Assembly (NCBI GenBank): GCA_031429075.1
Contig: JANOYW010000091.1
Span: forward strand, 34,663 to 98,662
DNA: 64,000 bases
From: Bdellovibrionales bacterium
GTDB lineage: Bacteria; Bdellovibrionota; Bdellovibrionia; Bdellovibrionales; JAGQZY01
Direction: 5' to 3'
The notes beneath the pieces are model-generated. The model saw nothing but the letters and a program-made list of their open reading frames with translations, had not been told where the DNA came from and did not search any database. Of the stretch, positions 9,391 through 18,657 are shown in pieces; position 1 is the first letter of the stretch; each line of letters starts with the position of its first letter. A program made the translations under genes and the position numbers.

Positions 9391-10614
9391 ATGAAAAATT
9401 ATGATATTATCATTTTAGGGGCTGGTCTTTCGGGCCTCGCTTGCGCGCGCACGCTGCAAAAAAGCGGGATCCATTCGTTGCTCATTGAGCCTGAAAGTGC
9501 AGTGGGGGGGCGTGTGCAAAGCCGCACCACTGAATCCTGTTTTATCATCGATAAAGGTTTTCAAGTCCTTTTAAACTCGTATCCCGAACTTAAAAATTTT
9601 GTGGATTTGGCGAAGCTCGATTTAAAAAAGTTTAATTCCGGAGCACTGATTTACAACGGTGAAAGCTTGGATCTTTTGGCCAACCCAGTGGTCCATCCTG
9701 AACACTTGGTTTCGACAGCTTTTCAAAAATATATTACGGCAAAAGACAAACTATTGGTGCTTAAATTGCTGGTCATCGTTCAATCTCAAACAAGCGATTT
9801 TCCGCTTGGAAACAAGACGACATTAACATTCCTGCAAGAATTTGGCTTTAGTGAAAACTTCATCGAACTTTTTTGGCGGCCGTTCTTAGCCGGCGTGTAT
9901 TTGGATTCTGAACTCAGCATGGGGCAGAATTTTTTTAAATTTTTGCTACGCTGCTTTGCCTCGGGCAATGTAACGATTCCAGCTCACGGGATGATGGAAT
10001 TGCCACGCCTGATGGCGGCCGACTTACCAAAAGAATCTATTTTGCTCGGACAATCCGCCACGTCTTGGACTGCAAAGGAAGTCACCCTCGCCGATGGCCA
10101 AAAGCTAAAAGCTAAAAAAGTTGTCTGTGCCTTTGATGCCTCCACCTCGGCCTCGGCGACAGGAAAGCTGCAAAACACCGCTTATCATTCTGTGGAAACC
10201 ATTTATTTTACCAGTCCAATCTTAGAGCAGATGCCATGGGGAAAATGGCTGGTTCTAGTTCCGCAGAAGTTAGGCTTGGGAATTAATCATTTTTGCTTGC
10301 TCACTGCGGTGGCCGAAACCTACGGGCAAGGAAAGCCTTTGCTCAGTGTTTCGATCATCGGTGATAAAAAGTTAACACTTTCGCAGGTTCAGCAAGAGAT
10401 GAATCAAATTGCGAAGCAAGATCTCAAGCTGGAACTCGTCGAACGTGTTTTCGTGCAAAGAGCCTTGCCTGAGATAATAGACGAACCCCAAGGGTTTAAA
10501 GTTATGGATGGCGTCGTGCACTGCGGGGACCGCTGGGCATCGCCTTCCATCAACGGCGCCTTGCGCTCAGGGCGAATGGCGGCTGAATTTATTTTAAAAG
10601 AGGAGAGGCGATGA
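9391..10614 (+). CDS. NAD(P)/FAD-dependent oxidoreductase (amine oxidase / phytoene desaturase-like fold)
   Basis: N-terminal dinucleotide-binding motif DIIILGAGLSGLACA...E...GGR. Length 407 aa. Confidence 0.75.
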   Translation: MKNYDIIILGAGLSGLACARTLQKSGIHSLLIEPESAVGGRVQSRTTESCFIIDKGFQVLLNSYPELKNFVDLAKLDLKKFNSGALIYNGESLDLLANPVVHPEHLVSTAFQKYITAKDKLLVLKLLVIVQSQTSDFPLGNKTTLTFLQEFGFSENFIELFWRPFLAGVYLDSELSMGQNFFKFLLRCFASGNVTIPAHGMMELPRLMAADLPKESILLGQSATSWTAKEVTLADGQKLKAKKVVCAFDASTSASATGKLQNTAYHSVETIYFTSPILEQMPWGKWLVLVPQKLGLGINHFCLLTAVAETYGQGKPLLSVSIIGDKKLTLSQVQQEMNQIAKQDLKLELVERVFVQRALPEIIDEPQGFKVMDGVVHCGDRWASPSINGALRSGRMAAEFILKEERR

Positions 10615-11009
10615 AGGGTCAATGTCATTGCGGTGCGGTTCAGTACGAAGTCACAGGTAAGCCCATCACCCATGCGCTATGTCACTGCGCTGATTGTCGT
10701 CGGCACGCAGGCGCCCCTATGGTGGCTTGGGCCATGTTTCCTGAAGAGAACGTAAAGGTGACTTCTGGAGCAACCAAAATCTACGAGTCGTCCCAGCATG
10801 TTCACCGAGAATTCTGCGCCAACTGCGGAAGTGGACTATTTTATCGAAACTCCCACGTCCTTCCTGGGATTATTGATGTTCAATCAGGTACACTGGACAA
10901 TCCAGAGCAACTTCCAGCACAGTGTCAAATCCAAACCGCCGAAAGGCTCTCGTGGATGACAGGGATTCAAACTCTTCCGGAGTTCGAACGTTTTCCCGCC
11001 AAAGACTAA
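10611..11009 (+). CDS. GFA family protein (glutathione-dependent formaldehyde-activating / CENP-V-like)
   Basis: Zinc-binding Cys pattern CHCGAV...CHCADCRR...CANCGS. Overlaps the previous gene by 4 nt. Confidence 0.85.
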   Translation: MKGQCHCGAVQYEVTGKPITHALCHCADCRRHAGAPMVAWAMFPEENVKVTSGATKIYESSQHVHREFCANCGSGLFYRNSHVLPGIIDVQSGTLDNPEQLPAQCQIQTAERLSWMTGIQTLPEFERFPAKD

Positions 11010-11109
11010 CTTTTTTGTTTTTCATAAAATCCTTGGAGAATTTGCCCGTTGTGGTAAATAGTGTTCTCTGCAAAAATTTGCATTACAATGAACAAAACAG
11101 GTGGTGAAA

Positions 11110-11355
11110 ATGTCTGAGGATATGAAAGTAGAATTAGAAAGATTGAGAGCCGAAAACGAAGCCTTAAAAAGCAAAAAACCAACGGCTGGCACACTTTCAA
11201 TGAAAGTCAGCGAAAAGGGCGCATTGTCTGTTTACGGCATGGGTCGATTTCCAGTAACATTGTACAAAGAGCAGTGGTTGAAGTTGTTAGGAATCTCTGA
11301 CGAGCTGAAAAAATTTATTTCTGAAAACGACAGCCGGTTAAAAACTAAAGACTAG
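11110..11355 (+). CDS. Small hypothetical protein with N-terminal coiled-coil
   Basis: 81 aa from the ATG at 11110, with AGGTGG upstream. N-terminal heptad segment ELERLRAENEALK, then KVSEKGALSVYGMGRFPVTLYKEQW. I recognise no family for it. Confidence 0.45.
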   Translation: MSEDMKVELERLRAENEALKSKKPTAGTLSMKVSEKGALSVYGMGRFPVTLYKEQWLKLLGISDELKKFISENDSRLKTKD

Positions 11356-11356
11356 T

Positions 11357-11893
11357 TTGTTTTTACAAAAACAGACGTCTTTGCAAAAAATATTTATATA
11401 CACGGACGCAAGTTTTAGCTCCTCACTTGGTTTAGCTGTGTCGGGGTATTTATTTTTTGATAGCGAAACTTCTCATGCGACGAGTGAAGTTGTAGAAGCG
11501 AACATCCAAACCCGTTCATTTAAAGTAAAAAATAATATTCGTGCCGAGATTATGGGCGCGAATATTATTTTAAAAGAATTAAACGATGAAATAAATCTGA
11601 AAGATATTGACCTTAAAAGCTTAGAAATCAATTTATACTCGGATTGCCAAACGCTGACTGATTTATTGAGACGGCGCGATAAGCTGCAAGCTAACAACTT
11701 TATCAGCAGTAAAAAGAAAGCCGAATTAGCAAATGCCGATTTGTACAAAGAGTTTTATGCTCTTTATGATTTAATAAAGCCTCAGATAAATTGGGTAAAA
11801 GGGCATTCGCGGAACGCCGGCCAAAGTGTTGAGCAAAAAAACTTTCAAATCATTGACAAAAAAGTAAGAAAAGAATTACGGCTTTTAGGTTAA
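11357..11893 (+). CDS. RNase H (type 1)-like protein
   Basis: Candidate catalytic residues in RNase HI order: YTDAS, AEIMGA, YSDCQ, WVKGHS, IIDKK. The only available start is a TTG 1 nt after the upstream stop codon. Confidence 0.6.
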   Translation: MFLQKQTSLQKIFIYTDASFSSSLGLAVSGYLFFDSETSHATSEVVEANIQTRSFKVKNNIRAEIMGANIILKELNDEINLKDIDLKSLEINLYSDCQTLTDLLRRRDKLQANNFISSKKKAELANADLYKEFYALYDLIKPQINWVKGHSRNAGQSVEQKNFQIIDKKVRKELRLLG

Positions 11894-11945
11894 ATAGCTG
11901 AATCGAGCCAGCCAATAACTAATCCTTACTCATAAAAAACGTTCT

Positions 11946-12398
11946 TTATAAATTATGCTCTACTCTTTTTTTAATTTCCAGAAATTGCTTATTTTGCATT
12001 ATTTTGTGTGCCGGGCCTAAAGTGTATTTTACCAACCAACTGGGGGCTGTGACCCTCAGGCGAGTCCATAGCCGCGTTTTATTTTCGAAGGGCTCTAAAT
12101 AATACGTAAACGTGGCCTTTGAACCAAATTTAAACGTAATAAATTTGTCTTCTACAAAATCAGATATCTCGGCCAAAGGAATTTTTTGACCTTTATGTAA
12201 AACAACAAGCTGAGGATCTATGACTGTTAAACTTTTTTTACCCAAATTGTCTATCCAATCATAACTGTACCAACCGGCTCGTCCATTTCCCATTTGAGCG
12301 AGCCATGGCCAAATTTCACGGGGAGACGCATGGAGTTCTATCCATTGATCTGCAAGCCAAACACTGCTATCCAATGGTTCTGATATTGGGTATTTCAT
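11946..12398 (-). CDS. SRPBCC (START/polyketide cyclase-like) family protein
   Basis: 150 aa, with a size and sequence pattern compatible with the SRPBCC fold. The assignment is by resemblance only. Confidence 0.5.
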   Translation of the reverse strand: MKYPISEPLDSSVWLADQWIELHASPREIWPWLAQMGNGRAGWYSYDWIDNLGKKSLTVIDPQLVVLHKGQKIPLAEISDFVEDKFITFKFGSKATFTYYLEPFENKTRLWTRLRVTAPSWLVKYTLGPAHKIMQNKQFLEIKKRVEHNL

Positions 12399-12427
12399 AT
12401 CCTTATATGAAAGTAGATTATTAAATT

Positions 12428-12856
12428 ATGCAAAATATATATTTATTTTTAATGATGATCATCGGAGGCGCAATGGCAAATGAAACCGCAAAAAATGTGC
12501 TCGGTGAGCCACTCAAAATTTGTTGTACAAAACCAATGACTGGATATTACCGAGACGGTTACTGTCGCACGGGTAAAGAAGACGCTGGCAGCCATGTTAT
12601 AGCAGCTGCAGTGACTAAGGAGTTTCTCGAATTTAGCAAATCGCGAGGTAACGATTTAATGACACCGATGCCATCGTCCAATTTTCCAGGGCTCAAACCT
12701 GGTGACCGTTGGTGTTTGTGTGCACATCGATGGAAGGAAGCTCAAGAAGCAGGCGTCGCACCGCCTGTATTGCTCGATTCCACTCATGAGAACGCCTTAA
12801 AATATGTAACTATAGAAACACTGAGATCCTATGCTTTAAAAGAGTCTGTGTTTTGA
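12428..12856 (+). CDS. DUF2237 family protein
   Basis: The conserved pattern PMTGYYRDGYCRTGKEDAGSHVI...PGDRWCLCAHRWKEA is characteristic of DUF2237. An N-terminal signal-like segment is present. Confidence 0.75.
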   Translation: MQNIYLFLMMIIGGAMANETAKNVLGEPLKICCTKPMTGYYRDGYCRTGKEDAGSHVIAAAVTKEFLEFSKSRGNDLMTPMPSSNFPGLKPGDRWCLCAHRWKEAQEAGVAPPVLLDSTHENALKYVTIETLRSYALKESVF

Positions 12857-12865
12857 CAGATCAGT

Positions 12866-13606
12866 TTAGTTATTTTCAGAGAGAATTTCCAGCAGGTCTA
12901 AAAATAGGTTCACAATATCCAGGTAGATATTCACAGAAATGTTAACAGCAGTGGCCCAACTTTCATCTCCGGCCTTTTTTTCAAGTTGGTTAAAATCATA
13001 GAGAAGATAAAGGGTGAATATAATAGCCCCCACATAGGCCTTTACCAGAGAGACCATTTTTGACTTTATAAAAAAGGCGTTTATCAATCCCATAACGACC
13101 AGCATGAGGAGAGCGATAAATAAAAAGCCGCCTAAGAAATCAAAATTCATGTCGGTTGTAAACACCACGCACGCAGTTGCAATCACCGCAAGGGCCGTTC
13201 CCAAAAAAGCCTGGGTTACAATATTTTGCCACTCGTTGTGATAATCCAATTTATCAAAAGAGTTATTAAATTCTGCCAATTGTTCTGGCGTGGCGGTTCC
13301 CGCTTTTTTGAGTGGAGTGCCTTTATCCTTTAAAAACTTACGCAGTTTAAAGCGAGTTCCAAAGTGTTCGATGGTGGGGCCGATACTCCATCCAATAACC
13401 AATGAAAAAGCGCCAACTAAAATAAGGTTGAGCGGAAATTGATTGGCAAATCCCATCACCGCAAAGAGGAGCGCGAAGGAGGCTATGATTGTTATCCACA
13501 TCTCAGATGAAGTTTCAAAGACACGATTTTTCTTTGCAGTGATCGCTGTCAGGATAAGCATCGCTCCAACAATCATAAAGGTGCGAGCAAAAAGAATATC
13601 GACCAT
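12866..13606 (-). CDS. Bax inhibitor-1/YccA family membrane protein
   Basis: Seven hydrophobic segments and the family-typical C-terminus IYLDIVNLFLDLLEIL. It carries an unusually long hydrophilic loop (KLRKFLKDKG...DYHNEWQ). Confidence 0.65.
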   Translation of the reverse strand: MVDILFARTFMIVGAMLILTAITAKKNRVFETSSEMWITIIASFALLFAVMGFANQFPLNLILVGAFSLVIGWSIGPTIEHFGTRFKLRKFLKDKGTPLKKAGTATPEQLAEFNNSFDKLDYHNEWQNIVTQAFLGTALAVIATACVVFTTDMNFDFLGGFLFIALLMLVVMGLINAFFIKSKMVSLVKAYVGAIIFTLYLLYDFNQLEKKAGDESWATAVNISVNIYLDIVNLFLDLLEILSENN

Positions 13607-13941
13607 TGAATCCCCCTAATAGTTAGAATCCTATACATTTTCTTTAAGATGGTCAATGAATGCTCGGAGCAAGAACTTCTTCAAGTTTTCCACACTTAAC
13701 TTCACAGAATCTTCGACGGCAAAAAACCTTCGAACATCAGTTCTGTAACTCAGTGAGGAGTGCTTGTTAAGATGATCAAACTGCGCATTGATTCGAACTC
13801 ATTTTCGATAATGCTCTTCGCAGTTGTTTCTTTGCTCACTTTTAGGGGACTTAAGTCGAGACCGATAGCTTGCGTTTGAGTGAGGTCTCATTCATTTAAA
13901 AAATCATTTTCTTTTCTGCACCAATCACATAAAATTAGTTA

Positions 13942-15192
13942 ATGACGATCCATTTTAAAAATTATTTTTTATTCTATGTTGCACTGATGTTTGGTGCATT
14001 GTTTTTATCTTGTTCGAGTAGCAGTGACTCCACTCAAGCTGGCGGAGGTGGCGGCGGCACTTCTTGCGAAAGCCGAACTCTATCCAGAGTGTTGCGTTCG
14101 CTCGCTGTGGATCCAACAAATGATTCTATCTTGTATGTTGGTGTAGAAGGTCGCGGAGTTTACAAATCTACAGATGCTGGTTCAACTTGGACAAAAATTG
14201 TTAACGGAATCCAAGGCGCATCGACGTTCGAAGGATCTCCCTGCTTTAATGAATTCCGCGATATATCTATTGCCGCAAGTGATTCGAATAAAATTTGCGT
14301 TTCTCAATCCTCGGGGCCCAACAGTCCATCGAGCTCACCCTTTGGAACTGTTTCTGGGCCGTACTGCAGCAGTGACGCCGGTTTGACATGGGCCAGAGGA
14401 GTTACGGGCTTAAGAAATGTTGGTGGTTATTCAATAAAAATTGATCCCAACACTGCGAATACCGTTTACTACGGCGTTGGTGACGACATTAGTAATCCCA
14501 CTTCAGGCACTGGCGTTATTTATAAGTCCACCGATCTCGGCAGCGTTTGGACTGAACTGAACACGAGTTATACCAGCGGACAAAGTGTAAATCGTATTGA
14601 AGTAGATCCCTCAAACTCTAATAATATTTTTGCATCAATGATGTACTTAGTACCGCAAGGAACAGGTGTGGATGGTGGACGCTACAGTGCAAGCCAGGTA
14701 GGAATGATTGCTTCGGTCAATGCAGGCTCTACCTTTACAGTCACGAACTCTGGAATGGCCAGCGCCTCTCCGCTTCAACAAGCCATCACTGATGTTTCAG
14801 TTTCTTCAAGCGGCTTAAGAGTTTTTGCTGTTACTGCGGATTCTACAAACGCGGTTCGAAATTATTACAGCCACGACGCATCGGCCACTTTTACAGCCTC
14901 TGGTCTGAGCAGTATCGACTATGCCGAATTTAATCCCAACGATGCCACCGGAAATATTTTATTGGGAATTAATAATGGCTTGCTGATCAGATCTGCCAAT
15001 GGCGGAGTTGGCTGGGGTCCCTATGGAACACTTCCCACCTTGCCCTCAGGTGAAAGGTTCACAGTCATTCGCTGGAGTTTTCAAAGCTCAAATATAATCT
15101 ATATCGGTGCAGATAAAGCACGAGTTTATCGCTCGGCGGATGCTGGATTAACATGGACGCAAATTTTATCTGAGGCAACGCTTCCGCTTTAA
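13942..15192 (+). CDS. Asp-box (BNR) repeat beta-propeller lipoprotein
   Basis: Lipobox LFLSC followed by a Gly/Ser linker. Repeated SxDxGxTW motifs: STDAGSTWTKI, SSDAGLTWARG, STDLGSVWTEL, SADAGLTWTQI. Confidence 0.7.
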   Translation: MTIHFKNYFLFYVALMFGALFLSCSSSSDSTQAGGGGGGTSCESRTLSRVLRSLAVDPTNDSILYVGVEGRGVYKSTDAGSTWTKIVNGIQGASTFEGSPCFNEFRDISIAASDSNKICVSQSSGPNSPSSSPFGTVSGPYCSSDAGLTWARGVTGLRNVGGYSIKIDPNTANTVYYGVGDDISNPTSGTGVIYKSTDLGSVWTELNTSYTSGQSVNRIEVDPSNSNNIFASMMYLVPQGTGVDGGRYSASQVGMIASVNAGSTFTVTNSGMASASPLQQAITDVSVSSSGLRVFAVTADSTNAVRNYYSHDASATFTASGLSSIDYAEFNPNDATGNILLGINNGLLIRSANGGVGWGPYGTLPTLPSGERFTVIRWSFQSSNIIYIGADKARVYRSADAGLTWTQILSEATLPL

Positions 15193-15261
15193 CCCACAAA
15201 GTCTCTAGTCAAATAGAGTATCGTAAGTCGCACTTCCCATGGTTAACTTTGGATGGCTTAC

Positions 15262-15319
15262 TTTAAAATTTTCAAGATTTGATTCCCGATGGTTCTACAC
15301 CGGAGAAATTGGCGTTCCC
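15262..15319. repeat. Left copy of a 58-nt imperfect direct repeat (matches the tRNA-Glu 3' end plus downstream hairpin)
   Basis: 51 of 58 positions match 16867-16924 in my manual alignment. Ends with TGGCGTTCCC and contains the hairpin CCGATGgttctaCACCGG. Confidence 0.7.
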
Positions 15320-15323
15320 AACG

Positions 15324-15359
15324 GCGTTTTTGTAGAACCTCTTTCTACAGAACGCTTTT
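15324..15359 (+). terminator. Rho-independent terminator candidate after the Asp-box lipoprotein gene
   Basis: GCGTT-TT-TGTAGAA / loop CCTCT / TTCTACA-G-AACGC, followed by TTTT. Confidence 0.55.
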
Positions 15360-15564
15360 AATTTATTAAGCTGGAGCTAATGAGTAGGCAAGTGAAGTTT
15401 TCTTATTTCTTCGTTTTGAACAACATCACAATCGTTCATTTCGTACTTTTTGTGAGGAGAATTGCCTCGTCGGCTTGCTCAAATCCACGGGATCATGTTC
15501 ACCCAGAGGCTCGTTTATTGCAGCTGATACGATACGTACAGAAAGAAATTTCAACAAAAAGGAT

Positions 15565-16155
15565 ATGACAATGAACCAAACCACATCAACTTCAAATTTA
15601 AACACAAAAGGATTCGCCTCTAACGAGAAAGCCGTGATGGACACCAAGCAAGCTGAAATCATGAAAGTCTGGCAGGAAGCTTCTGCTCCTGGCGCCGAGC
15701 ATACCATGTTGAAAGGTCTCGTTGGGGATTGGGAAGTTGCCACGAAGTCATGGCAGAGCGAAGGATCAGCCCCTGAAGAAACCGTTGGGAGTTCCACATT
15801 CAAATCAATACTCGGTGGTCGCTTTGTTCAGCAGGAGTTCAAAGGCAAGATGATGGGTCAGCCTTACGAAGGCACGGGTATGATGGGCTACAACAACATG
15901 ACTAAAAAATTCGAATCAACCTGGCATGATTCTATGTCGACGGCATCAATGCGACTCGAAGGCACGTTCGATTCATCGACGAAAGTGATTTCAGAAACTG
16001 GCGAATTTCAATGCCCAGTCAAAAGGATTACTCAGAAGATGCGTTCAGAATTCAAGATCATCGATAAGAACAATGCTACTTTTACGATGTACATGCCCGA
16101 CATGGAGACCGGCAAAGAAATCAAGGGGATGGAGCAAGTTTACAAGCGGCAGTAG
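15565..16155 (+). CDS. DUF1579 domain-containing protein
   Basis: GDWEV...GGRFVQQEFKGKMMGQPYEGTGMMGYNNMTKKFESTWHDSMS matches the DUF1579 pattern. The start is the ATG at 15565 or 15571, and the listed 15475 start is unlikely. Confidence 0.7.
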   Translation: MTMNQTTSTSNLNTKGFASNEKAVMDTKQAEIMKVWQEASAPGAEHTMLKGLVGDWEVATKSWQSEGSAPEETVGSSTFKSILGGRFVQQEFKGKMMGQPYEGTGMMGYNNMTKKFESTWHDSMSTASMRLEGTFDSSTKVISETGEFQCPVKRITQKMRSEFKIIDKNNATFTMYMPDMETGKEIKGMEQVYKRQ

Positions 16156-16188
16156 TTCACGAGCTACTGCAAACGATGAGGTGTTACA

Positions 16189-16830
16189 ATGCTAAAGCTC
16201 TACGGTTTCAAAAAAGTAAATGCGATGGCCCGTGGTAATACTCGTGATCTTCGAATTTTATGGGCTCTTGAGGAAATGCAAATGCCCTTTGAACTCGTTG
16301 GAATGGATCATCCCGCGCATGACTTAAATACCGATACTTACCACAAGATGAATCCTTTCGAGCAAATTCCAGTTATAAATGACGATGGTGTGGTTTTGTC
16401 TGAATCAGGTGCCATATTGATTTATCTAGCTAAGAAATCGCAAAAAATGATTCCAAGTGACTTAGCTGGCGAATCTCAAGTCGTACGATGGTGTTTTGCC
16501 GCTACAAACTCGCTTGAAATCCCGCTGATAAATATTGCGATGATTGACTCATCCAAAGATGAGGGAAGTCGTAAGTACAGAGATTTTTTGGTCGGCTGGG
16601 CTCACCGACATCTTTCCAACCTTGAACGCTGGCTTGAACAACGTCAGTACATTACTTCAGATAGTTTTACTGTCGCTGACATTTTGATGGTGCACGTACT
16701 TGCTGTAATCAAAGACGAGAGTCTGCTTAAACCGTTCAGCAATGTTAGAAGTTATCGTGACAGATGTTTAGACCGCCCGGCATGGCAGCGCACGATCGAG
16801 TCCTACAATAAAAACGTAGAGGCTGGCTAA
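16189..16830 (+). CDS. Glutathione S-transferase
   Basis: N-terminal thioredoxin-like domain with VLSESGAILIYLA and a C-terminal helical domain. GAGG lies upstream of the ATG. Confidence 0.85.
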   Translation: MLKLYGFKKVNAMARGNTRDLRILWALEEMQMPFELVGMDHPAHDLNTDTYHKMNPFEQIPVINDDGVVLSESGAILIYLAKKSQKMIPSDLAGESQVVRWCFAATNSLEIPLINIAMIDSSKDEGSRKYRDFLVGWAHRHLSNLERWLEQRQYITSDSFTVADILMVHVLAVIKDESLLKPFSNVRSYRDRCLDRPAWQRTIESYNKNVEAG

Positions 16831-16866
16831 AGGTTTGAATTAGGTCGATCGACTTTGAAGGAGTGT

Positions 16867-16924
16867 TTTAAAAATTTCAAGGTTTAGTTTCCGATGGTTC
16901 TACATCGGAGAAATTGGCGTCCCC
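16867..16924. repeat. Right copy of the 58-nt direct repeat, overlapping the 3' end of tRNA-Glu
   Basis: The last 10 nt (TGGCGTCCCC, 16915-16924) are the complement of the tRNA-Glu acceptor 3' strand plus CCA. The rest is tRNA-distal flank with the hairpin CCGATGgttctaCATCGG. Confidence 0.7.
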
Positions 16925-16990
16925 TACCGAATTCGAATCGGTGTCTACTCCGTGAAAGGGAGTTGTCCTAGGCCTCTAGACGAAGGGGAC
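16915..16990 (-). tRNA. tRNA-Glu (anticodon UUC)
   Basis: The reverse complement GTCCCCTTCGTCTAGAGGCCTAGGACAACTCCCTTTCACGGAGTAGACACCGATTCGAATTCGGTAGGGGACGCCA folds as a cloverleaf. Acceptor GTCCCCT/AGGGGAC, anticodon loop CTTTCAC, encoded CCA. Confidence 0.95.
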
Positions 16991-16993
16991 ATA

Positions 16994-17115
16994 AAAACTT
17001 TTTAAAATATCCGATTTCTTCGTTGGCCGCGTCGCTCACTCCTTTCGATGTACAGGAAGTACACCTCAGTCGCTCGCTCCTTGCCGCCTCGAACTCGGAA
17101 ATTTTAAAAAGTTTT
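16994..17115. repeat. Inverted-repeat-bounded element in the tRNA-Lys/tRNA-Glu spacer
   Basis: A perfect 15-nt inverted repeat, AAAACTTTTTAAAAT (16994-17008) and ATTTTAAAAAGTTTT (17101-17115), brackets a GC-richer core. The core holds direct repeats GTCGCTCACTCCTT (17031-17044) and GTCGCTCGCTCCTT (17069-17082) and a small hairpin at 17049-17063. Confidence 0.5.
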
Positions 17116-17143
17116 AACTTTTTAAAAACCGCTGCATTCTCTC

Positions 17144-17168
17144 AAAAAAAAACCAACGTTTGTTGGCT
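17144..17168 (-). terminator. Terminator-like hairpin downstream of tRNA-Lys
   Basis: The minus strand reads GAGCCAACaaacGTTGG followed by T9. The short stem makes the call moderate. Confidence 0.45.
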
Positions 17169-17180
17169 CTTTTAAAAAAA

Positions 17181-17255
17181 TGGTGACCCGTCATGGATTT
17201 GAACCATGGACCCTCTCCTTAAAAGGGAGATGCTCTACCGCTGAGCTAACGGGTC
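17181..17255 (-). tRNA. tRNA-Lys (anticodon UUU)
   Basis: The reverse complement GACCCGTTAGCTCAGCGGTAGAGCATCTCCCTTTTAAGGAGAGGGTCCATGGTTCAAATCCATGACGGGTCACCA folds as a cloverleaf. Anticodon stem TCTCC/GGAGA, loop CTTTTAA, encoded CCA. Confidence 0.95.
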
Positions 17256-17316
17256 ATAAATTGCGGAACCGAACTTTTCTTATTTTATCGCTCTCTTGTC
17301 AATGACTTTTAAGTGC

Positions 17317-18642
<1,326 letters not shown>

Positions 18643-18657
18643 TCAAAAATTGATGGC

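Noticed and set aside
12866-13606. The long hydrophilic insertion in the BI-1/YccA family protein, as a possible fusion or frameshift artefact.
   Set aside because: The reading frame is continuous, with family-typical helices on both sides and the canonical C-terminal motif. It is probably just a lineage-specific loop.
15320-15395. A possible degenerate tRNA or pseudo-tRNA next to the left att-like repeat copy.
   Set aside because: The reverse complement gives no acceptor, D, anticodon or T arms. The sequence instead forms a 12-bp hairpin plus a T-tract, which I annotated as a terminator.
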